A DNA stretch of 64,000 bases, from positions 7,564,001 to 7,628,000 of the forward strand of contig NC_047017.1 in the NCBI RefSeq assembly GCF_902652985.1. The letters run 5' to 3'. The stretch comes from Pecten maximus (Eukaryota). The notes under the pieces are model-generated. The model was not told the DNA's origin. It was given only the letters and a program-made list of their open reading frames with translations, and searched no databases. Made by a program: the position numbers and the translations under genes. Shown here one piece after another: positions 53,401 to 64,000 of the stretch. Every line of letters begins with the position of its first letter. Within the stretch, counting starts at the first letter, position 1.

Positions 53401-54242
53401 ATAAAACCACTTTTCCACATCTGTTGGTATCTCTGTATCAATAACAAGACTAATGATCACCTCAAATCATGTGGAACATAGCAATGAAATAGTTACCCAT
53501 CTACAAATCAATATATACTCGAAGAAGTTTAGCATAATTCTATCTTGTCACTTTTAGGCGTTTAAAAACAGTAATCTAATGCTTATTTCCTGCTGTATGA
53601 TGATGGTCCAACCTGTTTCGTCACTTGAATATATTTATGTGACTGGAGTCATTTACATGTAGTTCTATTGTATAAGTTACCTTAAAAGGAATGAGATGCA
53701 TGACAAACGCAACAATAATTAATCTTGAACGCTTTTGTACCACTAAACTTAGTACTTCTGAAGCTTGTTTTGAGAGAAAATTAAATATTTCTTAATCTTA
53801 TTTTGACAGAAAATTTAGTATTTTTGAACAATCTTGCCATGCCTTTTGCCATGCATCTATGTTATTATCAGCAAACCATATCTTTACATGTTGCTGCTTG
53901 GTATTTGATTTTATTTCGACGGGAATCACATTGTACGTCAAAATTTGACCTTTAAAGCCATTGCTATGACGAAAGCATCATCCAGGTTTCTTCAACTACT
54001 TACTTGCTTCTGTAATCCCCAGAAAGAAAACCGAACGATGCGATGTCGTTAGTTTCAAAAGAACTTGGATTGTCTATGTTTGCATTAACGAACTGAGAAG
54101 TGTACGCATGCTCACAGTAGAGTCGCTGATGTAATTTGATGTAAGAACTACATACTTACCATGCGAATATGACCGTCACAAACGATCTACAGCATAACAG
54201 ACAATGATATATGATCAGGTATGAGGTAAATCACACGACCTC

Positions 54243-54435
54243 TTTTGTTTGTTCATTTTGAGGCGGGTCTCTTAGTAGTAGCTGGTCAATGTTACATGCA
54301 ATTTAGAACATGTGGCCAAGGACACAACCACGACAGCACAAGGCCTTCCGTGATCTCCGCTTTCAATGAAACACAACCGCCAAGGGTTGGGGTTGAACCT
54401 CACAGCTCGGATCTTCACCCGAGGTCACATTAGTC
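54243..54435 (-). mobile_element. Degenerate CORE-like SINE remnant
   Basis: Minus strand shows a B-box-like ggttcaaccc, gttgtgtccttggc (CORE-like) and an aacaaacaaaa tail. Confidence 0.35.
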
Positions 54436-54849
54436 AGCTATCGTTGTCTATATATGCATAGAAGTATAATGAGTGTTTCGTGTAAATTTCGCTTACAAAG
54501 ACTACCATTAATACATGGCGTCGAAATAGTAATCGTGAGTAATTTAACAAACCAACGCATTTTTGTGACATGTTTTAATAAACATCAAATTAAACATATA
54601 AAATGAAAGGCTTTTTTGAAAAGGCCATGCATCACAAAAAGCACGAGACAAAACCACTACTGCAACAGAAAGTCTGTACTGGCTACGCAATAATACACAA
54701 ACTAAAAACAATAGGGGAGGGTCGACGAAAACTGGACGATACAGCTCGACTTTATTTCATAACACTTACACAATGAATTTACAATATGAATATAACTACA
54801 CATTTTAAAATGATAAAATTGATAATTACATGATCATTTATATTCGACA

Positions 54850-55400
54850 TTTGTTGTCCTTCTTCCAACACTATGTATAATAAAACATGACGCCACTTAC
54901 AATGAGAACACGATCAGAAGCATAATGATATAATTAAATGTCTTATGATAAAAAATGAAATCTACAACTGCATTGCAATTCTTTGAAATGTCTATTCCGT
55001 TAAGCACTGATCAGATTGTCTTATCCATCCACAATTTGATTAGTCCTTCAAGGTTGTTATAAATAAATATCCCAAACAAATCGGCTGGCAATATGCACAT
55101 CACTGAAATCTTCGATATAGGGAGCAGGTCTTTCTCTACAGCATTCAGCGGAATAGACGTCAGATTTGGAACACAACCTGCCAACATAATGGACCGTATT
55201 TATCAAAATAATAATAACAAGCATACTGGATACCTTTGTCATTATCAAGGTGTCGCGTATCGAGTTAAGTGTGTGGCTTGTCCTCTCTAAAACAATATCT
55301 ATAACATTTTCCCCATTGATATATGGTAACACCTTTAATCTATCAGTCATTATTTTAATATAGAATACCTTCATAACATCTGAAATTTATTACCACCTAA
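54850..55400 (-). mobile_element. Possible L1/Tx1-like RT remnant
   Basis: KIMTDRLKVLPYI resembles the KIL.NRLKKVLP.II block of L1/Tx1 RT; the remainder is degraded. Confidence 0.3.
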
Positions 55401-55960
55401 TTGTATTTCACACCAATTTTATATATAGAAAGTAAGATAATAAATATGGATCTTTTTTATGGTCGCAGGTTACAGGAAATTCAGGAGAAACGATCGAGTC
55501 TGATACAGAGAATTAATCACAACGGTGAATGGCAGTGTGAGAAATCACAGGAACGTTTTTGTTTAATTTGATGGCAATCAATCATAAAACAGGCCTACTT
55601 CGGGACGCACTCCATAAACATAGTTACAGTAGGCAACGATAAGAATGGGATTTAACTTTAGTGTGAAACCGATATCCCAAAAGAGATTTCATCGGCTGGT
55701 AATAAAGTAATGGACTAGCCTGGTATATGGGGTGAGGAATGAGGGAAACTGTCAATGTGAAACAGTACAGACATTAACACGAGCTGGCAGTGTGGGGAGT
55801 GTGTTTACCTACGTCCAATAGAAGAGGAAATCAATTTCAGTTTCAAGACTCAACAATTGCTTAATTTGTGGTTATCAATTAATGTCCTATCTGTGTCTAT
55901 AGGAACATCTGTTACAGCGCTTGATTAAAACGCCCGAGTGTTGAAGTGTGTGGGGTGTAG

Positions 55961-56472
55961 CACTACTGCAATGTTAGTTTGATATTGGGGTATAAAACTA
56001 TTGCAATGGTAGCTTGATATTGGGGTATAAAACTATTGCCATGGTAGTTTGATATTGGGGTATAAAACTATTGCCATGGTAGTTTGATATTGGGGTATAA
56101 AACTATTGCAATGGTAGTTTGATATTGGGGTATAAAACTATTGCAATGGTTGTTTGATACTGGGGTATAAAACTATTGCAATGTAAGTTTGATATTGGGG
56201 TATAAAACTGTTGCCATGGTAGTTTGATATTGGGGTATAAAACTATTGCAATGTTAGTTTGATATTGGGGTATAAAACTATTGCAATGTTAGTTTGATAT
56301 TGGGGTATAAAATTATTGCAATGTTAGTTTGATATTGAGGTATAAAAACTATTGCCATGGTAGTTTGATATTGGGGTATAAAACTATTGCAATGTTAGTT
56401 TGATATTGAGGTATAAAAACTATTGCCATGGTAGTTTGATATTGGGGTATAAAACTATTGCAATGTTAGTTT
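55961..56472. repeat. 35-bp minisatellite, about 14 copies
   Basis: Unit gatattggggtataaaactattgcaatggtagttt. Confidence 0.97.
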
Positions 56473-59400
56473 AATCATCATCGTCATATAATTATTTTGT
56501 ATTCAACCCAAGAAATGGAAATCGTTGGTTCCTATATTAATTATCTAGATACCGGAATTGTGGAAATTTACGCGAGATGGAAATGTACATTAAATTCGTG
56601 AAGACCATTCGGCTGCAAAAATCTCCCACAAATATTATTTTGTGATATAAGTGATATTTATGGAGCAGGTAGAAAAGAAACAATCGTAGACATAACCCCT
56701 ACGCGTATAGTTTACCTATCGAAATCGCGAAATTTTCAGTATCGTCAACATTGTCAATTATTACTGTGGTCATTGTTCGATATGGAGAAGAAAATTAACT
56801 TCCTTTTGTGATTCTTATATAATAATTTAATAGCCTACGTCATCTGTAGTTAACCTCCAGACGTTACAAAATGCAGTGTGTCATGCCACAAAATTCACAT
56901 TCCTACGCGGAAGGTACGATGATCTTTTCAATAGGTACGGATATATCAACTTTGATAACTTTTCTCGTAGGTGACAGCAAAACCTAACTGATATCAATTA
57001 ACGATAAGCGGGGATTAATTACCATAAGATGGTGTGCTATTTTACGTCAATTTTTGTTGCAATGTGCCCAAAGACAACGTACGCTGTTATTTTTTTTTTT
57101 GATATCAAGCTTTCATCAGCTGATATTTCTGCAAGGTCTCAACACAATCACCCGCAGACCTCCGTTCTCTTCCATAAAGTACCACAATCTAAATAATTAT
57201 AGAGATCAGCCATTTGGATTTTTAAAATCAGATTGGATGAATTGTTTAACAATTCTAGATACACATGGGTGTTTCTATTAACTTAGAATTAGCCAATGTT
57301 TCGTTGTATATAAACACTGTGAGCGTAATGGGAGTTTTGTGGAACTGTAAGGGGCTCTGGCCTTTCTCGAACACGCCTACAGCAAGGCTGTGTTTGAAAC
57401 GACAGTAATGGACGAGCCATATGGACCTATGTTTCAACACACAGCTGCAAACACGGAACACCCTATAAAGTGCCACTTCAGATACAATTACCGGTAATGG
57501 TATTACTCGAGTAGCAATCGTTTCCTTCTGTAACGAATTGCCTATTATCCCGCAATGAATCCATGTTGTACTCTAAGGGTAATCAGCTATTATGAATGAA
57601 TACGCTTGAAAATTCAAATATACTTAAATGAGTGTTAAATTTAATTAAGCTATGTAACTCAGAGGATATATTTACTCAATAGTTAATGCATACATAATTA
57701 ATCCGTAATGTAATCACTCAATGTACATAGCCAAGCTAGGCGTTATTTATGTATCTTAAATATTTCTCAACATTTATCAATTCATATCACTCAGAAATGA
57801 TGCATAGCCATGTTATATTACTTTCTGATTTCTTGGACATACTCAAATACTTGGTACGCTGGTAAAATATAAGCTGCTTTCTACCAACTCGTGTAGTGAG
57901 AAGTAGCCATAGGTTCCGTATTCGATTCCTTAACATCGAAAAAATAATGACATGTTGACACGCATTCTTACTTAAACGGTATCAAACAGCAAATGTCATA
58001 CGACTTGTCGCGAGAAGACTAGGACGCCCGAAGCCATTTTGAAATAATATACTAAAATGGCATAATCCGGCCGCGGACTGATTAGATTGGCAGCGTTCAA
58101 TCAAGCTTAACTGACAATACCGCAATTGACAAAAGGGGCAACAGTAGCAATACGTTTCCAAAATGAAGTGAAAACATAATACCAACTTAGAGGATCATGA
58201 AAAAAATCCTCGCACTTCCAAATTGCTTCAACAAAATTAATTGTCTCATAAAATTGAAACCATTAAGCCAGTTATTCCCTATAAAAATGAAAGAAATCGA
58301 ATGCTTATTCTCAAACTTTCACGTAAGAAATAAACAACTTTACGTCCAATTACTGCATGAAGTTATCTTCAACTTCAATACACATCCTGAATGTCAGGAT
58401 TAAACGTTTGGATTCGGGAGAGAAGTGCATATACTTGTGATATACCCCCTCCTCCTCACAGTATCAACCCATGATTTTTATTTACATCAAAGCAAATTCT
58501 TATATCTGGGTGGTCGGTTGTGAGATCTAACTGTATAAAACCCGTTCACTTGGGAGAAAATCTTGTGTTAAGTATTTGTTTTTCTCTGTTTTGTATCATT
58601 CAGCAGAGAAGAGTGCACAGGTAATCGAGTTTGTGATTTGGCAGGCTGGCGACGATGCTACCGTGAGCTTCTGAGCCAGCCGAACAGACCTGAGGCCTGG
58701 CGGATAGCAAGTCACCCATCAACACACAAATGCATTAAATTCAAACCTGACACCTCATCAATGACAGCAATATTAACCCTGACAAGTAAGAGGCATGTAT
58801 TTTGTTGAATATAACTGTCTCCACTAATTTGAATAACAGCCACGATTACATGGTTCAAAGCCTGCCTCAAGACTGCAAGCTCGCAGCCATCATAAAACAT
58901 TAGCTATCACTATATATATTTCAAATCTTCTGCTGATAATCAAATAAATCAGGTATAAACAAGTGAAAATTCTCCAGATTAAGTGAAAGATAGCCATCAG
59001 TAACATGTGTTTTGTATCCAGGGGATTGAGAAAGGCGGCCAGTGTATCAGGAGCAGGGGGACACCCACTGTGCTCCCAATACTTACAACATTATCAGAGT
59101 TATATAACATATTTATAAACCTCTACTGCAATAAGGCTGCACACCAAATGATAAGTCAGCAATGTTTCCTTAAGCAGCATTTCATATTTACAAACAATGG
59201 AGATTATCTGTACTCACTGTTGAAAACATTTCAAACAAAATGATACCCCCGGTTAAAAGTCTTAAATTTTAGTTGAATTTGTCCCGGTGTGTCTGCCTAC
59301 TATAACAAGAAGTCTCAAGTAGATACAGAGTTTTATCATAAATCTCAAAACCACATGCGTCATACATGTGAAGTTTACACTAATTGAGAGAAACCCGTTC

Positions 59401-60011
59401 TGTAGCCGTCACGAAACACTATCAAATGTAGCACTGTCGTAAGCTGTCAAGGACAGCTACAGGACTTATTTCAATTTAATGGCACATTATAAGACACAGG
59501 ACAACGTTTATCTAATGAAACATATAGGATTTCAAAAATGAAAACTACATATATATTGGTTGAATTTTTAAATGAATTTTTCGGTCTTCAAATCCAATGT
59601 TAGAATTATCAAGCCTACAATACACTTCCTTAAACTTAATACCAGTCAAAGAATGGCTGTCAGAATCCATTCCACTGTCAATCAAATATTTCATAGTGAT
59701 AAAATGCACTTAGCTTTCCACTCTTGGCAATACAAAAGATATTTGATATCTATGACGACTTCTAAACGGCTATGTTTAACCTTACCTCATACAGCAGGTG
59801 ATCTCGTGTACAAAAAAACAAAAACCGTACGTAAACGATATCAAACTTATAAAGATACTATTTTCTGCTAAGCAGACTTTCAACACTTTAATTCGTGTTT
59901 CATACTTTATCTTAAAATTTAATCTCAAATTTCGTATATTCCCGTCCCGATATATGGTTTGTCGCAAATGATTTCACGCAATCCATCTAAACAAATCACA
60001 AGTCAAACACC

Positions 60012-60017
60012 TTTATT
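60012..60017 (-). terminator. Candidate YLPM1 polyadenylation signal
   Basis: AATAAA about 57 nt after the stop, followed by a GT-rich downstream stretch (ggtgtttgacttgtgatttgttt). Confidence 0.5.
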
Positions 60018-60073
60018 TTTATTTTAATACAATTGACAGTAATATCTACCTTTGTGTTAACAGATTTATGCCA

Positions 60074-60220
60074 TTAGAAGTATTTCGTTCGATTAAGTTG
60101 GCGGTCAGCAAATGAATGGTCAGTTATTCTCTCCCAGTCCTGCTGTGTTTGACCAACAACGAAGCCAATGTCGCGTCGTCGAGACTGATTTTTACGCTCC
60201 TCAATATCGGCCCATTGAAC
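60074..60220 (-). CDS. YLPM1: YLP motif-containing protein 1 (ZAP3), terminal coding exon
   Basis: VQWADIEERKNQSRRRDIGFVVGQTQQDWERITDHSFADRQLNRTKYF*, matching the recalled YLPM1 C-terminus VRWADLEEKK..RAIGFVVGQTDWEKITD..ALNRTKYI. Acceptor ttgcatttcag. Confidence 0.92.
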   Translation of the reverse strand, partial: VQWADIEERKNQSRRRDIGFVVGQTQQDWERITDHSFADRQLNRTKYF

Positions 60221-60499
60221 CTGAAATGCAATTTATTCATCTTTTAACACAAGTTTCAATTGTAATGAAAAGGAGGTTTCCATGATGGACAAACCATACT
60301 GTGTGTACTTCAGAAACAATGTTTTCCCTTCCCTTCTGGATCTAATTTTTATCAATAAGTCTGGTTGCACTTCAAAACCTTAATGAAACGTAAATCTATC
60401 CACAGACAATACTTTCAAGTACAAGAAAGATTGCTGTGTACATGTCTAGACAATAAAACCCAGCTAAAAAGTACAGTATTAACGAAATAAATATCTCAC

Positions 60500-60621
60500 C
60501 CTTTTCTTTCCTGGTATAGAAGGACGAGACATGATGTCGTCTGCCAACTGTAAGAAATCCTCCATTGATGTTGGGTCTGGTGACCGCTTTCGCTTTCCAT
60601 GACGAAGACCATCTAACTTAT
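60500..60621 (-). CDS. YLPM1: YLPM1 penultimate coding exon (122 nt)
   Basis: DKLDGLRHGKRKRSPDPTSMEDFLQLADDIMSRPSIPGKKR (recalled human DKLDGLRTGTKRKR..MEDYLQLPDD..PGKKR). Acceptor tttttccctaatag, donor AGG|GTGAGA. Phases are consistent with both neighbours. Confidence 0.92.
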
Positions 60622-61327
60622 CTATTAGGGAAAAACAAATATTTATCTTGTAATAATGTTAATTGTTGATTTATTATGTCCCCATTAAGTAGACGACAGA
60701 AGAACAGACATCATCATGAATAAAAAAAAAGTTTTTTTTTATATTAGTTGTACTCGTATGAATTAAACCGTTTTAAACATGGAATTGTAAATTTCTACTG
60801 GCTATAATTGGTTTGAGACATTATTTGTTATATTTATATATATATACATATACTTGATACCTTTCTAGAATGATACATTCCTACAATAAATATATAAAAT
60901 ACAGTAATACTTAATATCAGTGTAGTTTAAGGAATATTAACTTAACAACTTTGCTCCACTGAAATTAAATGATACATAAAAAGTTGTCACAAAACACGAA
61001 CCAATGGGAACGGGTGTATTGAAGAATATATTCTTCACTTCATTGTGAAAATTACCAAGACTAAGGTTCACCATAAACATTAGGCGAACTTCGGTACATT
61101 ATTACATGAGATCCTTCAACAAAATTTATTAAATTAATATCAAAGAAAAAAGCATTGTAGTGGACTGGAGGTGAACTACTGGTATAGTACAAAAGCTATT
61201 TTCAACAAGGCAGATAGTTGTTGCACTTCGCAAAGAATGCATTCTCTTGATCCGTGCTAACTTATCTGAGATGAGTAAAAATATGGATTTGTCATTTATC
61301 AAGTTATGAACTGGTATGGACACCTAC

Positions 61328-61376
61328 CCAGATGTTCTTCTGACGTGTCCAACTCCCAGCGACTTTTCTTGTATGC
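61328..61376 (-). CDS. YLPM1: YLPM1 short coding exon (49 nt); further exons not found, probably beyond the window
   Basis: AYKKSRWELDTSEEHL(D) (recalled human KSKWEMDTSEAKLD). Acceptor gtattgccag, donor CTGG|GTAGGT, phase 0/1. Confidence 0.85.
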
Positions 61377-64000
61377 CTGGCAATACAGCAACAGAAACAC
61401 ATTGACACATGAAATAGAACAGAAAAATAAATAGTGTGGAATTAATGAGACAGTAAGAAAGTATTAGGTGGCGATGGTCTGAGGAACAACACAACCAGTA
61501 ACGGTAAGCATCAGCATAAAGTATGACTGGGATTCTATCGCCAAAACGTTTCTGAGAAAATCATTGTTAATTTCGTGTCTTTAACTTCTCAATGAAAATT
61601 GATTGTCGGTGTTAAAGCATAACAAAATATCAAATGAAACTAGCAGAAATCGAAGCATAATTGCAGTTAAACTATACTTATTACGCCATTTTTCAGGAAA
61701 AACCAAATGTACTGCTTGCCTTGTGGTAATTGGATATTACAAAGGAGTGACATATCCTCATACAGCCGTCACAATGGTTACCGTTTGCTTACATCTTTAT
61801 ACAGAAAGAAGGTATATAACACATTCGAATAATTCTGACTCATCTTACTTTCCCCTCAGGTAGGTTTAGCAGGACGGCAAAAAGCTTCATAACGTGTTTC
61901 GTGACGTGTTGCATACTACATCGTTCTCACATTAAAACAATTAAATATCGTTAAATAAGTCCTAGCACACAACACAATGTCCTGATAAAGCTTGAAGTGA
62001 TATCAGAAATAAAATTATTTCTCAAACCACAAATGTACATTATTTCTGCAAATTCATTACGTACTGTAAATCAACATTTTTTCTCTTTTTCATAAGTCAA
62101 TCCATGTACAGTATCAAGATATTACATGGATGATGATCACATGCATCAGAATCACACGTGATAACCAGTTCCCATAATATCGAGATACAATATTCTATAT
62201 TACAATTATCTATGGAACTAAAATAATTATGTATAAACGTGCATCAGTTCCGAAAATATCGAGATTAAATATGGTTGACAAAAGGATGTCTCTTACAATA
62301 AAGATATCGCAGTATAAAAATAACAACGGTACAGGATGTTGTGGGATATTGGTATATATAATACAGTGTACATCACCTGTCCTCTCAAATCACTTGATAA
62401 AAGTAATATTCTTAAAAACATATATGACAGTTCAATAAACTCACATTCTTATCAGAATGATCCCAACATTAATATGTTGCGTTTGGCGTTTGTACATTAA
62501 TCACCAGGTTTTGCAGAATGCACTACATTATAGACGGAAAGCCCCTCACACTTTTTCGCGGCTCTTTTCACTCGTTTGGTATGGGGGCTTTTGTCTCATC
62601 TTGGAAAGAATATTGGCAAGCTTAAGTTGGAAAAGACATTTTTGAGAGTTCACTGCAGATTTCGGGAATTTGGCTATAACATTAATAATCTCAATTGTAA
62701 ATTGGGCCTAATATAGGCCCTGAAAAGCCTTAGAAAATGCCCTCCCATATCATTATTAACCCATCAATCCTGAATTGCACATCAGGACACAGGTCTCATG
62801 ATTAATATCATAATAGTTGAGTCTTAATAAACGTCATAACATTATATTATAACGCTTGAATAATTTGTCTTAACTGGTTGTATAGGACTTGCACCAAATT
62901 ATTTGTTGAAGTCAACAGATGCAGTCAATGCAAACACTCACAAGTTATGATAGAACATAGGTGGGATTGTGCCCTCTTTAAGAGTTAGGGTACACCGTTG
63001 GAAAGCGTCCCTTAAACTTATTTTTCCCCAAACAGATGTTCATTTAACAAATACTCCATTACAATTCACGTCACCTCGAGCGACTATATTATGTGTTAAC
63101 AAAATATACCTAAATACTACTTTGATTCAATACAACACAAATTGACTCTACTCCATTTCACAAAACCTTATTTTCCTTTCCAAAATTGGGATGATTTGTA
63201 ATGATTACATGTAATCTTATTAATTCAACATTTTGACAGTCTGGTTATAATGGCTAAGTTCTACACTAATCAGGAACATTGAGCCACACGTATTTTGTAT
63301 TTCAATGGGCTGGTTGAGTTTACTCCCTGTTAATTGATATAAGCATTCCTAGGAGTATATCTCTTTTAATACAGGTACCAGTCCTCCTTCTTTTAGCTTG
63401 GATATAAATCAATATCAAAAGCATCTCACCAAGACACCGATATGTTCCAATCCTACTACCAATAGTGTTATTGTGGTTGGTGTTTATGCAGTTTTAAGAG
63501 TCAAGAGAGACAACTCCTAATGCATGGTATAAAATATGCTATCATGATCATTTATTAAAGTCTGTCTCTCTTGGCTTCAGACTCCAGATCTACCGTACGG
63601 CATTACAAAATAATATCGAGAGCTGCTTAACAACGATATCACGTAGGCGTAGTGCAATTTGCTGTTCAAAAGCTCTCTGTTATATATATATGTGCGTGTG
63701 TGTGTGCATATATAATGCATAATACTCTTCATTTGCCATGCTATATAATTGTAGCAGGATCTCATAAAATATGTTCATGATGGATTCTAAAGGGAGTGAA
63801 ATATAATATAAATACTACCTTTCACAATCAATATATTCATATACATTTATGTACACCAAGCTGCATGTATATGTGATTCTCTACAAGTTTACTCTCACAC
63901 ATTGCAGCACTGACTTAGAAAGTTTCCTCGTGGAGGACAGTCGTGTTGTTTGAGAGCTCATTTTTTTCAGAATCTTAAGTTCTCCTTTTGACTTAAATAA

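Noticed and set aside
57388-57446. Possible pre-miRNA hairpin (gctgtgtttgaaac...gtttcaacacacagc)
   Set aside because: Only about 14 bp of good stem, and no match to a miRNA I recognise.
61400-64000. Additional YLPM1 exons
   Set aside because: No acidic or kinase-domain-like frame with good splice sites was found; treated as intron.

Overview
AT-rich, intron-containing animal DNA. The repeat families point to a bivalve mollusc (inference, not proven). Two protein-coding genes are well supported, both on the minus strand. (1) A complete four-exon Hlx (H2.0-like, NK-like class) homeobox gene: exons 16976/16991-16580, 9249-9067, 8519-8332 and 6996-6796, about 322-327 aa, with two eh1-type motifs and a homeodomain nearly identical to vertebrate HLX. 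(2) The last three coding exons of YLPM1/ZAP3 (61376-61328, 60621-60500, 60220-60074), including the C-terminal PP1-docking KKRVQW motif. About 43 kb without recognisable genes separates them. The whole window carries motif-dense putative enhancers and many mobile elements: two TATGG-ended foldback MITEs with 6-bp TSDs (IS3EU-like, one just upstream of Hlx), three young tRNA-derived SINEs with TSDs, Helentron-like non-autonomous elements, a Crypton-like hairpin element, a decayed Penelope-like (Naiad-type) retroelement, LINE remnants and several minisatellites. Most ORFs in the supplied track are spurious. I found no CRISPR, rRNA or functional tRNA, and no convincing wholly new system. The best leads are the YLPM1-Hlx linkage, the palindromic composite MITE, the promoter-proximal MITE and the frame-preserving repeat at the 3' end of the Penelope-like element. 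All family and homolog assignments were made from memory, without database searches.
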